Below, piece by piece: positions 1-9,770 of a DNA stretch of 64,000 nt (position 1 is the stretch's first letter; every line of letters begins with the position of its first letter). Source of the DNA: an uncultured bacterium (GTDB lineage Bacteria > Margulisbacteria > WOR-1 > CAZGTC01); NCBI GenBank assembly GCA_964528395.1, contig CAZGTC010000009.1, positions 1,304-65,303 on the forward strand. The letters are read 5' to 3'. The translations under genes and the position numbers were made by a program. Under the pieces are notes generated by a model that searched no databases, was not told the DNA's origin, and saw nothing but the letters and a program-made list of their open reading frames with translations.

Positions 1-2
1 TT

Positions 3-845
3 GCCCTGCCCCGTTTTTTAATTTCTGAAGCTGTGCGCGGAGAAGGCGGAGTGCTGCTGAATAATCGCAATGAAAAATTCATGGAAAAATACCATGAAAT
101 GCAAGAGCTGGCTCCGCGCGATATTGTTTCCCGCGCTATTTTTAAGGAAATGCAAGATACCCAATCAGACTTTGTTTATTTATCCCTTAAGGGAATCGGC
201 ACGGAAAAGATAAAAAAACGCTTCCCGGTTATTTACCAAACCTGTTTGGAAAGAGGCTTGGATATTACAAAAGATAACATTCCAGTTTCTCCGGCAGCCC
301 ATTATTTTATGGGCGGAATAAAAACCGATATAAACGGAAAAACCAATATTGAAAATTTATATGCTGCTGGAGAATGTACTTCCCTTGGCATCCATGGGGC
401 AAATCGCCTGGCTTCTAATTCCCTTTTAGATGGATTGGTGTTTGGATATCGCTGCGCCAAATGCGCAGGAGAAAAGATATCATCTATTCCAATACCGCAA
501 AAAGCACAAAACTTGCCTTTAATAGAATTGAAGCCTCGCCTCAAAGAAACCGAAATATTAAGAATGCAGATGATCATAAAAACTGCGATGTGGCAGGAAG
601 TGGGATTAAAGCGCTCGGCTCCAATCTTAAAAAAAGCTTTGAATAAAATCGAAATGGCCCAAAAACAAATCCATTTTATTCCCGGAACAAAAGAAGAAAT
701 TGAAATCCGCAATATGGCGCAGTGCGCAAAATTAATTACTCAGGCAGCAATTGACCGCACTGAATCTCGCGGCGCGCATTATCGCGAAGACTATCCGGAA
801 AAAGACGATAAAAACTGGAAAAAACATTTAGTTTTCTCCTCTTAA
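3..845 (+). CDS. nadB: L-aspartate oxidase, 5'-truncated by window edge
   Basis: Frame is open from base 3 (ALPRFLISEAVRGEG); motifs ELAPRDIVSRAI, PAAHYFMGG, GIHGANRLASNSLL, ESRGAHYREDYP; position away from sdh/frd genes favours NadB. Confidence 0.85.
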   Translation, partial: ALPRFLISEAVRGEGGVLLNNRNEKFMEKYHEMQELAPRDIVSRAIFKEMQDTQSDFVYLSLKGIGTEKIKKRFPVIYQTCLERGLDITKDNIPVSPAAHYFMGGIKTDINGKTNIENLYAAGECTSLGIHGANRLASNSLLDGLVFGYRCAKCAGEKISSIPIPQKAQNLPLIELKPRLKETEILRMQMIIKTAMWQEVGLKRSAPILKKALNKIEMAQKQIHFIPGTKEEIEIRNMAQCAKLITQAAIDRTESRGAHYREDYPEKDDKNWKKHLVFSS

Positions 846-856
846 CTTATTAAATT

Positions 857-2080
857 ATGAATTATCTGCAAAACCTCAAAATAGGATTTAAAAGAAGTTG
901 GCGCTCTCCTGGAGCTTTTATAAATTGGGGACAGGAAATTGGAGCAAGAAAAAGAATAATGGCTGGCGCAGCAAAAGCCTTGAACGTTGGCCTTAGTCCA
1001 TTTATTCCTCACGGAATACAGCTAGAAATATTTCAAAAAAGCCAAATAATGCCCCCAAACCCAACCGCAGAAAGAAAACAGGTGGCAAAAGATTTTTTCA
1101 TTGCTTTTCTAAACAGAGAAGCACGTGAATTTGTTAAACAAATGATGATCAAAAGTTATACTGAAGCTATTATGATCCATCATCCCCAAGCTGAAAAATT
1201 AAATTGGGGTAGTATTCAAGCAAAATGCGAAATATTAATAAACACTATCTTTAGAAGATTAGAAGACATACAACCTAAACCAGAATATCTCTTTGAAATT
1301 TTAAAAAGCATGGGGCGGTTAACTCGCGACAACCAAGAAACCGATCTTTGGTTTATAGAATATCAAGAAGCTTATAATTATTATAAGCATAATACAAAAC
1401 TATTAAAAAGAGACCTCCTTCTTTTCCCTCATATTGTAGGAAATAGCTTAGTTGATATTGGATGCGGAGGCGGCGATCAAGTTGCTTATACTATGAAAAA
1501 TCATCCTGATATAACCGAAGCAGCTGGCATAGATATTTTAGATTGGAAAACGGATGGTTTAAAAATTGATTATCATACCTTAGATTTTACAAAACCAGGA
1601 ACTTGTTCCCCTAAAATGTACGATACTGGCATGCTATTGGCAGTCCTACATCATGCAGGAAGAACAAATCAAGAAATAAAAACATTTTTAACTGGGGTAA
1701 AAACTGCAGTTGGAAAAAGATTAATTGTGGAAGAAGATGTAATGATTACAACTCAAGATTTTAGTAATAGATGCTTAAGAGAAAAAGGGTTAAACACAAT
1801 TGAAGAGAAAAAAACAGAACAAAAACTTTTAGCTGCTTATCTTGGCCATTCTCCAGAAACACAAAGAGATATTACTTCAATAGCCGATCTTTTAGCAAAT
1901 TCACTCTCTGTTGGAGTTCCAGAAATGGCCTTTCCTTTTGGTTTTCGTAGTATAGGTAACTGGGTGAAAATTTTTGCTAAAAACGGGTTTGAGTTAAATC
2001 ATCTAGTAATTTTAGGTTTCCAACCTGGAAATTTTAACCAACAATGTCATGTTATTTTTATTTTAGATCGTATGAGATGA
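857..2080 (+). CDS. Class I SAM-dependent methyltransferase with long N-terminal extension
   Basis: VDIGCGGG motif I, GIDI motif II, LLAVLHH and LIVEE downstream; first ~190 aa unrecognised; AT-rich. Confidence 0.7.
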   Translation: MNYLQNLKIGFKRSWRSPGAFINWGQEIGARKRIMAGAAKALNVGLSPFIPHGIQLEIFQKSQIMPPNPTAERKQVAKDFFIAFLNREAREFVKQMMIKSYTEAIMIHHPQAEKLNWGSIQAKCEILINTIFRRLEDIQPKPEYLFEILKSMGRLTRDNQETDLWFIEYQEAYNYYKHNTKLLKRDLLLFPHIVGNSLVDIGCGGGDQVAYTMKNHPDITEAAGIDILDWKTDGLKIDYHTLDFTKPGTCSPKMYDTGMLLAVLHHAGRTNQEIKTFLTGVKTAVGKRLIVEEDVMITTQDFSNRCLREKGLNTIEEKKTEQKLLAAYLGHSPETQRDITSIADLLANSLSVGVPEMAFPFGFRSIGNWVKIFAKNGFELNHLVILGFQPGNFNQQCHVIFILDRMR

Positions 2081-2108
2081 AACTTATTTGCCATTGCTAG
2101 CAACAGTT

Positions 2109-2693
2109 TTAAAATTTCCGAAAAAGCCCTCTTACTTTTCCCTGAACCGCAACATCTTTTACAAAAATCGGCTTCATGCTGCTGTTTGCTGGTTCTAATC
2201 TCACATGATCTTTTTCACGGTAAAGCCTTTTTAAAGTAGCTGATTCATTATTTACCAAAGCCACCACCACATCCCCATCATCGGATGTTTCAGTTTTTTC
2301 AACAATGATCAAATCCCCATCTACAATATGGTCTTCAATCATGCTGTTGCCTTTTACTTGCAGGACATAGCAAGGACGCCGGCCCACTAAGCTAGAGGGA
2401 ACTTCTATTTCTTCTTTTCGATCAACTACATCAATCGGAGCGCCGGCTGCAATAAAACCCAAAAAAGGCAAAGTAACCGTATTAAAACCAAACCCAGTAA
2501 TTTTTATTCCCCGCGATTTACCGCCTCTTTGGATAAAGCCTTTTTCTTCCAAAATTTCTAAATACCTTTGGCCGGCACGCGGCGAAGCAAAATTAAACGC
2601 CCGGCAAATTTCTCGAATAGAAGGCGGAAAACCATTTTGAAGAATAAAATCCTTTATAAAATCCAAAACCTTTTGCTGTTTTTCTTTTAACAT
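2109..2693 (-). CDS. lexA: LexA repressor
   Basis: wHTH PPSIREIC, cleavage site IAAG, VKGNSM serine, ATLKR lysine; start set at ATG 2693 after AAGGAGGT. Confidence 0.95.
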   Translation of the reverse strand: MLKEKQQKVLDFIKDFILQNGFPPSIREICRAFNFASPRAGQRYLEILEEKGFIQRGGKSRGIKITGFGFNTVTLPFLGFIAAGAPIDVVDRKEEIEVPSSLVGRRPCYVLQVKGNSMIEDHIVDGDLIIVEKTETSDDGDVVVALVNNESATLKRLYREKDHVRLEPANSSMKPIFVKDVAVQGKVRGLFRKF

Positions 2694-2710
2694 AAAAAAA
2701 ACCTCCTTAA

Positions 2711-2725
2711 TATACGATTGTATAC
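2711..2725. promoter_or_regulatory. Candidate LexA operator TATAC-N4-GTATA
   Basis: Perfect 5-bp inverted repeat with 4-nt spacer overlapping the lexA -10. Confidence 0.45.
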
Positions 2726-2744
2726 TATTAGAGGTTTTTGTCAA
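2717..2744 (-). promoter_or_regulatory. Sigma70-type lexA promoter TTGACA-N16-TACAAT
   Basis: TTGACA 2744-2739 and TACAAT 2722-2717 upstream of the lexA SD. Confidence 0.6.
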
Positions 2745-2752
2745 GTAATCTT

Positions 2753-4330
2753 TTAAAATTTTACTGCAACTGCTTCAAAGATACCTTCGATTTTAGTCAG
2801 GGCTTCGAGGACTTTTTTATCGACTGGGGCATCAATGTTTAAGACCATAACAGCCTTTTCATTTTGCTTAATTCGGCCAACATCCATGCCTGCAATATTT
2901 ACCTTGTGCTGGCCCAGGAGCGTGCCTACTTTCCCGATCATTCCCGGCTTATCAATATTGGAAAGGATCAACATATAGCCTTGCGGAACAGCTTCTACCC
3001 GCAAATTATCTATAGAAACCAAATGTTCCCCTAAAGTCCCGGAAATAACCCCGCCCACTTCGCGCTGCCCCTTTTCTGTTTTTATTTTTATAGAAATAAG
3101 ATTGGCAAAATCAGATTTAGCATTTTTGGTCTCAGAAATATCCAGCCCCCGCTCTTTGGCAATGACCGGGGCATTCACGTAATTGACTGATTCTTCCAAT
3201 ATTCCGGATAACATGCCTTTTAAAACTGCAATGGTCAGGGGCGCAACTTCGTTTTCTGCAGTCTGCCCAAAATATGAAATCGCCACTGATTGAATCGCGC
3301 CTTGGGCCAAATTACCCGCCAAAATCCCTAGTTTTTCTGCCAAAGGCATAAACGGCTTGACCTTATTGATAACTTCTGGCTTCATGGAAGGGATATTTAC
3401 TGCAGAGCGCGCTTGTCCGCCTTTTAAGACATCAATAATTTGTTCCACTACATCAATCGCCACATTGAATTGCGCTTCCTCTGTTGATGCTCCGAGATGC
3501 GGAACTGCAATTACATTTTCTAATTGCGCCAAAGGACTGTCAGTGCACGGCTCTTTATCAAAAACATCAAGAGCTGCTCCGCCAACTTGGCCAGATTGCA
3601 AAGCTTCTAATAAATCATTTTCTACGATAATTCCGCCGCGCGCGCAGTTAACCAAGCGCACGCCTTTTTTCATCAATTTAATCTTATCCTTATTGATTAA
3701 ACCCGCAGTTTCTTTATTTTTTGGGATATGAAAAGAAATAAAATCCGCTTCTTTCAAAAGGGAGTCTAAATCTTTGTACAATTCAACACCCATGGCCTTG
3801 GCTCTTTCTTCTGTCACAAATGGATCATAAGCAATAACCCGAGTATTGAAACTTAAAGCAAATTCTGCCACCCGCGCCCCGATTTTTCCCAGCCCGACCA
3901 AGCCCAAAGTTTTTTGATAGAGCTCGATTCCCTTGAATTTGCTTCTTTCCCATTTGCATTCTTTTAGCGATGCACGCGCCTGCGGGATATGGCGCACAAG
4001 CGACAGCAGCATGGCAAAAGTGTGTTCTGCTGCAGCCTCGGTATTTCCGCCTGGAGAATTCACTACAATAATGCCTTTTTTAGTTGCAGCATTAAGGTCT
4101 ACATTGTCTACGCCCACGCCTGCGCGGGCAATAATTTTTAATTTTTTTCCAGCTTCAATAATCTTGGCCGTAACTTTTGTTTCAGAGCGCACAACCAGCG
4201 CATCGTATTCTCCGATAATTTTACATAGCTCATCCTCGGCTAAGCCTGTAATCATCTCGGCTTGAAACCCGGATTTTTTTAATAGGTCTAATCCTTCTTT
4301 GGCTAATTTATCCGAAGCAAGAATTTTCAT
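2753..4330 (-). CDS. serA: D-3-phosphoglycerate dehydrogenase (long form with ASB/ACT)
   Basis: RAGVGVDN, GLGKIG, VNCARGG, PHLGASTEEAQ, C-terminal ACT DKPGMIG. Confidence 0.96.
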   Translation of the reverse strand: MKILASDKLAKEGLDLLKKSGFQAEMITGLAEDELCKIIGEYDALVVRSETKVTAKIIEAGKKLKIIARAGVGVDNVDLNAATKKGIIVVNSPGGNTEAAAEHTFAMLLSLVRHIPQARASLKECKWERSKFKGIELYQKTLGLVGLGKIGARVAEFALSFNTRVIAYDPFVTEERAKAMGVELYKDLDSLLKEADFISFHIPKNKETAGLINKDKIKLMKKGVRLVNCARGGIIVENDLLEALQSGQVGGAALDVFDKEPCTDSPLAQLENVIAVPHLGASTEEAQFNVAIDVVEQIIDVLKGGQARSAVNIPSMKPEVINKVKPFMPLAEKLGILAGNLAQGAIQSVAISYFGQTAENEVAPLTIAVLKGMLSGILEESVNYVNAPVIAKERGLDISETKNAKSDFANLISIKIKTEKGQREVGGVISGTLGEHLVSIDNLRVEAVPQGYMLILSNIDKPGMIGKVGTLLGQHKVNIAGMDVGRIKQNEKAVMVLNIDAPVDKKVLEALTKIEGIFEAVAVKF

Positions 4331-4373
4331 CTAAATTGCTCCTTCCCGCGAATTCATTCGCTGGTTCAAAAGT

Positions 4374-5513
4374 TCATTTTACGATTTCTTTTTGGATGGC
4401 AGATAACGAAGCACCAATCTCGATTTTCTGCCCCATTTCTATTAAAGCCTGTTCAATGGCAGAATAAGCAACCAAAATATCTGTTTCTTGCGCATAACCC
4501 AAGTGCCCGATGCGGAAAATTTTTCCTTTGAGATCCCCTTGCCCGCCCGCTAAAGTTATGCCGTATTTCTCACGCACGATTTTTCGCAAAGCCTCGCAGT
4601 CAAAATCTCCGGTAACAGCAGTAACTGCCCGGGAAGCATTTTTGTCTTCAGCTAAAAGCTTTAGCCCCAAAGCTCGGGCTCCAGCTCGGGCAGACTGCAT
4701 CATTTTCTCATGGCGCTTAAACATATTGGGCAAGCCTTCGGCTAAGATCAATTTAAGGGCTTCGTGCAGCCCAACGATCAAAGAAACTGCAGGAGTGGTC
4801 GGGGTTTCTCCTTTTTCATCATAAGTTTTTTTGTACCAGGCCAGGTCCATATAAAATTTGGGGGATTTTGAGTTTTTTTGCACCTCCCAGAATTTTTTGG
4901 AAACCGCAACCATCGCCAGGCCGGGCGGAATCATAAAAGCTTTTTGCGCGCCAGCTACCACCACATCCAATTTCCATTGGTCCATGGGAAGATCCGCGGT
5001 TAAAAGACCAGAGATTGAATCAACCACAGTTAAAACCCCATACTTATGGGCAATTTCAGCCAAAGCTTTTACATCATTTAAAACCGCAGTAGATGTTTCA
5101 TTGTGCTGCAAATAAACTGCTTTGGCATCTTTATTTTCTTCCAAAGCTTTTTGCAGATCTTCCGGCTGCGCGGCTTGTCCGGAGGCATATTTTATTTCTA
5201 CAACCTGCGCACCGTAAGCTTTTAGGATCTTAGTCCAGCGTCCGCCAAAATTACCTGTGTTGAGAACCACAGCTTTGTCATTTGGAGAAATAATATTGGC
5301 AACCGCGGCTTCCATGCCAATGGTTCCAGAGCCGGGCATTACCATAACATCGCCTTCGGTCTGGAAGCATTTTTTGAGCATAGGGATGACTTCTTTGAAA
5401 AGAGCACTAAAATCCTTGGAGCGGTGGCCGACCATTTCACGGGCCATTGCAAGCTTAACTTCTTGGGGCAAAGGGGTTGGGCCGGGGATCATCAACAACT
5501 TTTTCAGCGCCAT
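4374..5513 (-). CDS. Class V PLP aminotransferase (alanine-glyoxylate/serine-pyruvate family)
   Basis: LLMIPGPTP, HNETST, DSIS, GAQKAFM PLP lysine, FRIGHLG. Confidence 0.9.
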   Translation of the reverse strand: MALKKLLMIPGPTPLPQEVKLAMAREMVGHRSKDFSALFKEVIPMLKKCFQTEGDVMVMPGSGTIGMEAAVANIISPNDKAVVLNTGNFGGRWTKILKAYGAQVVEIKYASGQAAQPEDLQKALEENKDAKAVYLQHNETSTAVLNDVKALAEIAHKYGVLTVVDSISGLLTADLPMDQWKLDVVVAGAQKAFMIPPGLAMVAVSKKFWEVQKNSKSPKFYMDLAWYKKTYDEKGETPTTPAVSLIVGLHEALKLILAEGLPNMFKRHEKMMQSARAGARALGLKLLAEDKNASRAVTAVTGDFDCEALRKIVREKYGITLAGGQGDLKGKIFRIGHLGYAQETDILVAYSAIEQALIEMGQKIEIGASLSAIQKEIVK

Positions 5514-5543
5514 AACAAACCTCCTAATAAAAGTAAGAATATT

Positions 5544-6080
5544 TTAACGCTTGCTGAATTGGAAGCTCTTGCGCGCGCGCTTATGCCCGTATTTTTTCCT
5601 TTCTTTCATGCGCGGGTCGCGGGTTAGGCATTCGCCTTTGCGCAAAGGCATTTTTAAAATCGTGCTGTAAGAAACTAATGCGCGGGCAATGGCCATTTGG
5701 ATGGCATCGGCCTGGGCTGCCACTCCTCCGCCATGTACGCGAGCCAAAATATTGAATTTTTTTTGCAGGCTGGTTATCTCCAATGGCCGCATAACCTTGG
5801 ACAAAAGAATGTGGCGGTTAACAAAAAACTCCGGCATGCTTTTGCCATTGACAATAATGATTCCCTTGCCCGGGCGCAAGATTATTCTGGCTACAGATGT
5901 TTTGCGCCGGCCAGTGCCAAAAAAATAATCTTTTGAAGGCTCAATCCGGTGCTTCTTTTTTACCGGAACCTTTTCTACAATCGTAGTAGCATGTTTTTTT
6001 TCTGTTTCCGGAGCTGATTTAACTTCCTTTGTTTTGGGATGGGCTTTTTTGGCAGTTTTAGCTTTTTTTTCTTCAGACAT
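5544..6080 (-). CDS. rpsI: 30S ribosomal protein S9 with N-terminal extension
   Basis: GTGRRKTSVAR, GGGVAAQA, RDPRMKERKKYG, FSKR C-terminus. Confidence 0.97.
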   Translation of the reverse strand: MSEEKKAKTAKKAHPKTKEVKSAPETEKKHATTIVEKVPVKKKHRIEPSKDYFFGTGRRKTSVARIILRPGKGIIIVNGKSMPEFFVNRHILLSKVMRPLEITSLQKKFNILARVHGGGVAAQADAIQMAIARALVSYSTILKMPLRKGECLTRDPRMKERKKYGHKRARKSFQFSKR

Positions 6081-6083
6081 TAA

Positions 6084-6524
6084 TTACACCTCTTGCTTTT
6101 CTGGTTTTTGGGCGGAAAAAGAATGCTGGCTTCCTTTTACAACCTTGAGTTTTCGAAAAATTTTGCGGCCCAGCCGGCCTTTTGGAATCATTCCCCAAAC
6201 TGCTTCGCTGATAACTTTGCAGGGATTCTTTTGCTGCATATCTTTTAAAGCAATCAAGCGATGTCCTCCCGGATACCCGGAATGGGAAAAATAAATCTTT
6301 TGCTCTAATTTTTTTCCAGTAGTCCTTATTTTTTCTGCATTAATGACAACCACATAATCCCCGTTGTCAATATTCGGCGTATAATCCACACGGTGCTTGC
6401 CCATCAGGATATAAGCAACTCGCGCCGCCAAGCGCCCCAAAATCTTGCCGCTGGCATCTACCAAATGCCATTTCTGCTTGACGTCTTCTTTTCTTATTAA
6501 AGTCATTTTTTTTCTTTTTTTCAT
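6084..6524 (-). CDS. rplM: 50S ribosomal protein L13
   Basis: WHLVDA, LGRLA, GDYVVVINAEK, HSGYPGG. Confidence 0.97.
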   Translation of the reverse strand: MKKRKKMTLIRKEDVKQKWHLVDASGKILGRLAARVAYILMGKHRVDYTPNIDNGDYVVVINAEKIRTTGKKLEQKIYFSHSGYPGGHRLIALKDMQQKNPCKVISEAVWGMIPKGRLGRKIFRKLKVVKGSQHSFSAQKPEKQEV

Positions 6525-6542
6525 TTTCTAAAGCACCTTTCT

Positions 6543-7319
6543 CTAATATTCAACATTAACCAGGCATAACCCTCTAGCCGGAACAGCCCTAAAAGCTTTG
6601 CGCCGATCGCGCAATTCCAAAATTTCCAAAATCTCATGCGGCGCGATTTTCTTTTCGCCTACCGCCAAAAGCACGCCTACAATATTCCTGACCATGCGGT
6701 ATAAAAAAGCATTGGCTTTTATCTCAAAACTGATTAAAGCTAATCCTTTTTCTTTTTTTGCGCTGGAAAAAAAAGCCGGAACTTTTTGGCGAGAAATTTT
6801 TACCTGCAAAATATTTCTCCTGGTATTCTTTTGCCCCTTATCGCAATTTGCAAAAGAGGCAAAATCATGGCAGCCCAAAATCAAGCGTGCGGCTTTGCGC
6901 ATAAGGGCTAGATCCAGTTTTTTGCGCACATGATAAGTAAATTTTTCCAGATAAAAAGGTGCGTAGCTGCCGTTTAAAATATGATAAACATAAGTGCGGC
7001 TCTTTGCACTAAAACGCGCGTGAAAACCAGGCTTTTCTTCAAAAATCGCGCGAACTTTTATATCTTTCGGTACATTCCCATTGAGGGCTGATCTTATCTC
7101 CTCAAGAGATTTTTTCGTTGCTAATCGGAAATTAGCTACCTGGCCAATCGCATGAACCCCGGTATCCGTACGCCCAGAACCAATTATCTTTACTTTTTTT
7201 TTCGTAAAGCGAAAAACTGCGTCGCTTAATGCTGATTCAACGCACCTTAAGCCCGGCTGCCTGGCCCAGCCAAAAAAATTCTCGCCATTATACTCGACTA
7301 CCAGCTTAAGATTACGCAC
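6543..7319 (-). CDS. truA: tRNA pseudouridine(38-40) synthase
   Basis: SGRTDTGVHA, FHARFSA, FLYRMVRNIVG; GTG start overlaps the rplQ stop. Confidence 0.96.
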   Translation of the reverse strand: MRNLKLVVEYNGENFFGWARQPGLRCVESALSDAVFRFTKKKVKIIGSGRTDTGVHAIGQVANFRLATKKSLEEIRSALNGNVPKDIKVRAIFEEKPGFHARFSAKSRTYVYHILNGSYAPFYLEKFTYHVRKKLDLALMRKAARLILGCHDFASFANCDKGQKNTRRNILQVKISRQKVPAFFSSAKKEKGLALISFEIKANAFLYRMVRNIVGVLLAVGEKKIAPHEILEILELRDRRKAFRAVPARGLCLVNVEY

Positions 7320-7671
7320 TAATTAATTCTAAAAGAACCATGTCCGCCCCGTCACCGCGGCGCAGGCCAACTTTTACAATCCGGGTAAAACCGCTGCTCT
7401 TATTCCCAAATTTTCCGTCTTTTGCCATTTGCATAAGCTTATTGAGAGTGTTTCTTTCGTGCAGAATCTTATCGATTTGCCGAATATGATGAAGCGTGCC
7501 TTTTTTCGCCAAGGTGATTACTCTTTCTGCCATGCGGCTGACCTGCTTGGCCCGCTTATTCGTAGTTTGCATATGACCGAAATTAATCAAAGCAATCGTT
7601 GAATTTCTTAGCAGCGCAATCCTTTGGTCGGTTGGCTTAGAAAGTTTTCGGTTTTTATACCCGTGCCTCAC
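7312..7671 (-). CDS. rplQ: 50S ribosomal protein L17
   Basis: MRHG..RKL, GFTRIVK, RRGDGA. Confidence 0.97.
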   Translation of the reverse strand: MRHGYKNRKLSKPTDQRIALLRNSTIALINFGHMQTTNKRAKQVSRMAERVITLAKKGTLHHIRQIDKILHERNTLNKLMQMAKDGKFGNKSSGFTRIVKVGLRRGDGADMVLLELISA

Positions 7672-7673
7672 AA

Positions 7674-8639
7674 TTATTCTCCTTTTTCTTCGGTCTCTAC
7701 TTTATCTTCTCGCAAAGTCAATTTATATTCCGCTAATTTATCGATCACTTCATTCAAAGATTTCATGCCGAAATTCTTAAAATTCATGACCTCTTCTTTG
7801 GAGAATTTTATCAGCTCGCCTACGCTTTTTATATTGGCTTCTTTTAGGCAGTTGGTCGAGCGGGCGGACAGTTCAAGGTCTTCTACGCTCATATCCAAAA
7901 TAGATTCCGCTTTGCCAACTTTTTCTTCAGCAGGAGCAGCAATTTCTTCGGCTTTTTGCCCGATATTCTCAAACAAGGCAATATGCTCTGCCAGGATCCT
8001 GGCGCTTTGCTTAACTGCTTCTTCCGGATTAATCGAGCCATTCGACCAGACATCTACTACCAGCTTGTCGTAATTTATTTCCTGGCCTACACGCACATCT
8101 TCAACCGCTAAATTCACTTTTCTGATCGGGGAAAAAATCGCATCCACTGGGATCGTATCAATTCCCAGGATCGATTTTTTATTTTGTTCTGCGGGCTTAA
8201 AGCCCTTGCCCCTTTCCACTACCATTTCCATTTTTAAAGCACCAGTGGAGCCAAAATTCGCAATAACCTTGTCTTTGTTGATAATTTCTATTTCTGCGTC
8301 GTGCTCGATTTCTGCAGCCGTAGTTGCTCCCTTGCCTTTAAAATTCAGCTTAATGATTTTGGGGCCTTCGGCATGGCTTCTTATAACAATTTCTTTGAGA
8401 TTAAGGATAACCTGCAATACATCTTCGATCATGCCTGGAAGAGTACTATACTCATGCGATGCGCCTTCGATCTTCACTGAAGTAATGGCTGCACCGGATA
8501 AAGATGACAAAAGCACGCGGCGCAAAGAATTGCCCAAGGTAGAACCAAACCCGCGCTCAAGCGGCTCAACCACAAAACGCCCGTAACCATCGTCCTGCGG
8601 AACATATTTCACCCAGGGTCGTCCTCCTAGTCTAACCAT
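7674..8639 (-). CDS. rpoA: RNA polymerase alpha subunit
   Basis: EPLERGFGSTLGNSLRRVLLSS, LELSARS.NCL, NFGMKSL. Confidence 0.98.
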   Translation of the reverse strand: MVRLGGRPWVKYVPQDDGYGRFVVEPLERGFGSTLGNSLRRVLLSSLSGAAITSVKIEGASHEYSTLPGMIEDVLQVILNLKEIVIRSHAEGPKIIKLNFKGKGATTAAEIEHDAEIEIINKDKVIANFGSTGALKMEMVVERGKGFKPAEQNKKSILGIDTIPVDAIFSPIRKVNLAVEDVRVGQEINYDKLVVDVWSNGSINPEEAVKQSARILAEHIALFENIGQKAEEIAAPAEEKVGKAESILDMSVEDLELSARSTNCLKEANIKSVGELIKFSKEEVMNFKNFGMKSLNEVIDKLAEYKLTLREDKVETEEKGE

Positions 8640-8672
8640 TAAAATTTTTCCTCCTTATTAAAATTTTTTAAT

Positions 8673-9296
8673 TTATAACGAATAATACTCAACAATCAGG
8701 TTTTCAGCAATGCTGCTTTCTATATCCTCGCGTCCAGGCAAAGCCGCAATTTTTATTTCCAATTCCTGGTCATTGAAATTGAGCCATTTAGGAGTATATT
8801 CCCGATGGCTGATTTCTGCAATTTTCTTTAAAAAATCCTTGGAGCGGTCGAAAACTGTAATCACTTCTCCAGGCTTAACCCGGTAAGACGGGATATCTAC
8901 GCTGCGGCCATTGACCTTGAAGTGCCCGTGTTTTACCAATTGGCGGGCTTGCTGGCGGGTAAGCGCCAAGCAGCGAAAAACCACATTATCCAAGCGGCGC
9001 TCCAAAAAGCTCAAGAGAACTTCGCCGGTGGCACCGCGGGTACGATCAGCTTCTTCAAAATATTTGGCAAATTGCCGCTCCGATAAACCATAAATACGCC
9101 GGGCTTTTTGCTTTTCAGTTAAGCGGATCCCATATTCCGAGAGCTTGTTTTTCATTTTTTTTGCCCCGTGTTGTCCCGGAGCATAAGATCTCCTGCCAAA
9201 AGCGCACTTTTCTGTATTGCATCTGTCACCTTTGAGAAAAAGCTTTTCCCCTTGTCGGCGGCACAATTTGCATTTTGGTCCTCGTGATCTTCCCAT
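8673..9296 (-). CDS. rpsD: 30S ribosomal protein S4 (zinc-ribbon type)
   Basis: CKLCRR..C, PGQHG, LERRLDNVV. Confidence 0.98.
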   Translation of the reverse strand: MGRSRGPKCKLCRRQGEKLFLKGDRCNTEKCAFGRRSYAPGQHGAKKMKNKLSEYGIRLTEKQKARRIYGLSERQFAKYFEEADRTRGATGEVLLSFLERRLDNVVFRCLALTRQQARQLVKHGHFKVNGRSVDIPSYRVKPGEVITVFDRSKDFLKKIAEISHREYTPKWLNFNDQELEIKIAALPGREDIESSIAENLIVEYYSL

Positions 9297-9312
9297 TTAT
9301 TAATTTTCCTCC

Positions 9313-9747
9313 TTAAACTCTTCTACGCTTTGGCGGACGGCAGCCGTTATGCGGAATCGGAGTTTCATCTTTTATAGATTTAACCGTTAATCCAGCAGAT
9401 TGCAGGGCGCGAATCGCAGTTTCCCTGCCTGGCCCGGGGCCTTTAACAAAAACTTTTACTTCTTTTACCCCGATTTCCAAGGCTTTTTCTGCTGCAGCCT
9501 GGGCTGCAGATTGGGCAGCAAAAGGAGTGCCTTTTTTGGTGCCCTTAAACCCAACCGCCCCAGAAGATGACCAAGCCACCACGTCCCCCTTGGCATTGCA
9601 AATAGAAACAATGGTATTATTAAAAGTTGCCTGGATAAAAGCCAAACCCAAAGCGGTTACGTTTTTTATTTTCTTTTTCTTTTTTGCAACACTTTCTTTT
9701 TTGGGCTTAACTTCTTGCGCTTGTTCTTGTTCTTTTTTTTCTGCCAT
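9313..9747 (-). CDS. rpsK: 30S ribosomal protein S11
   Basis: [31 protein letters not shown]. Confidence 0.98.
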   Translation of the reverse strand: MAEKKEQEQAQEVKPKKESVAKKKKKIKNVTALGLAFIQATFNNTIVSICNAKGDVVAWSSSGAVGFKGTKKGTPFAAQSAAQAAAEKALEIGVKEVKVFVKGPGPGRETAIRALQSAGLTVKSIKDETPIPHNGCRPPKRRRV

Positions 9748-9770
9748 TTATTTAATATCCCCCTTAAAAA

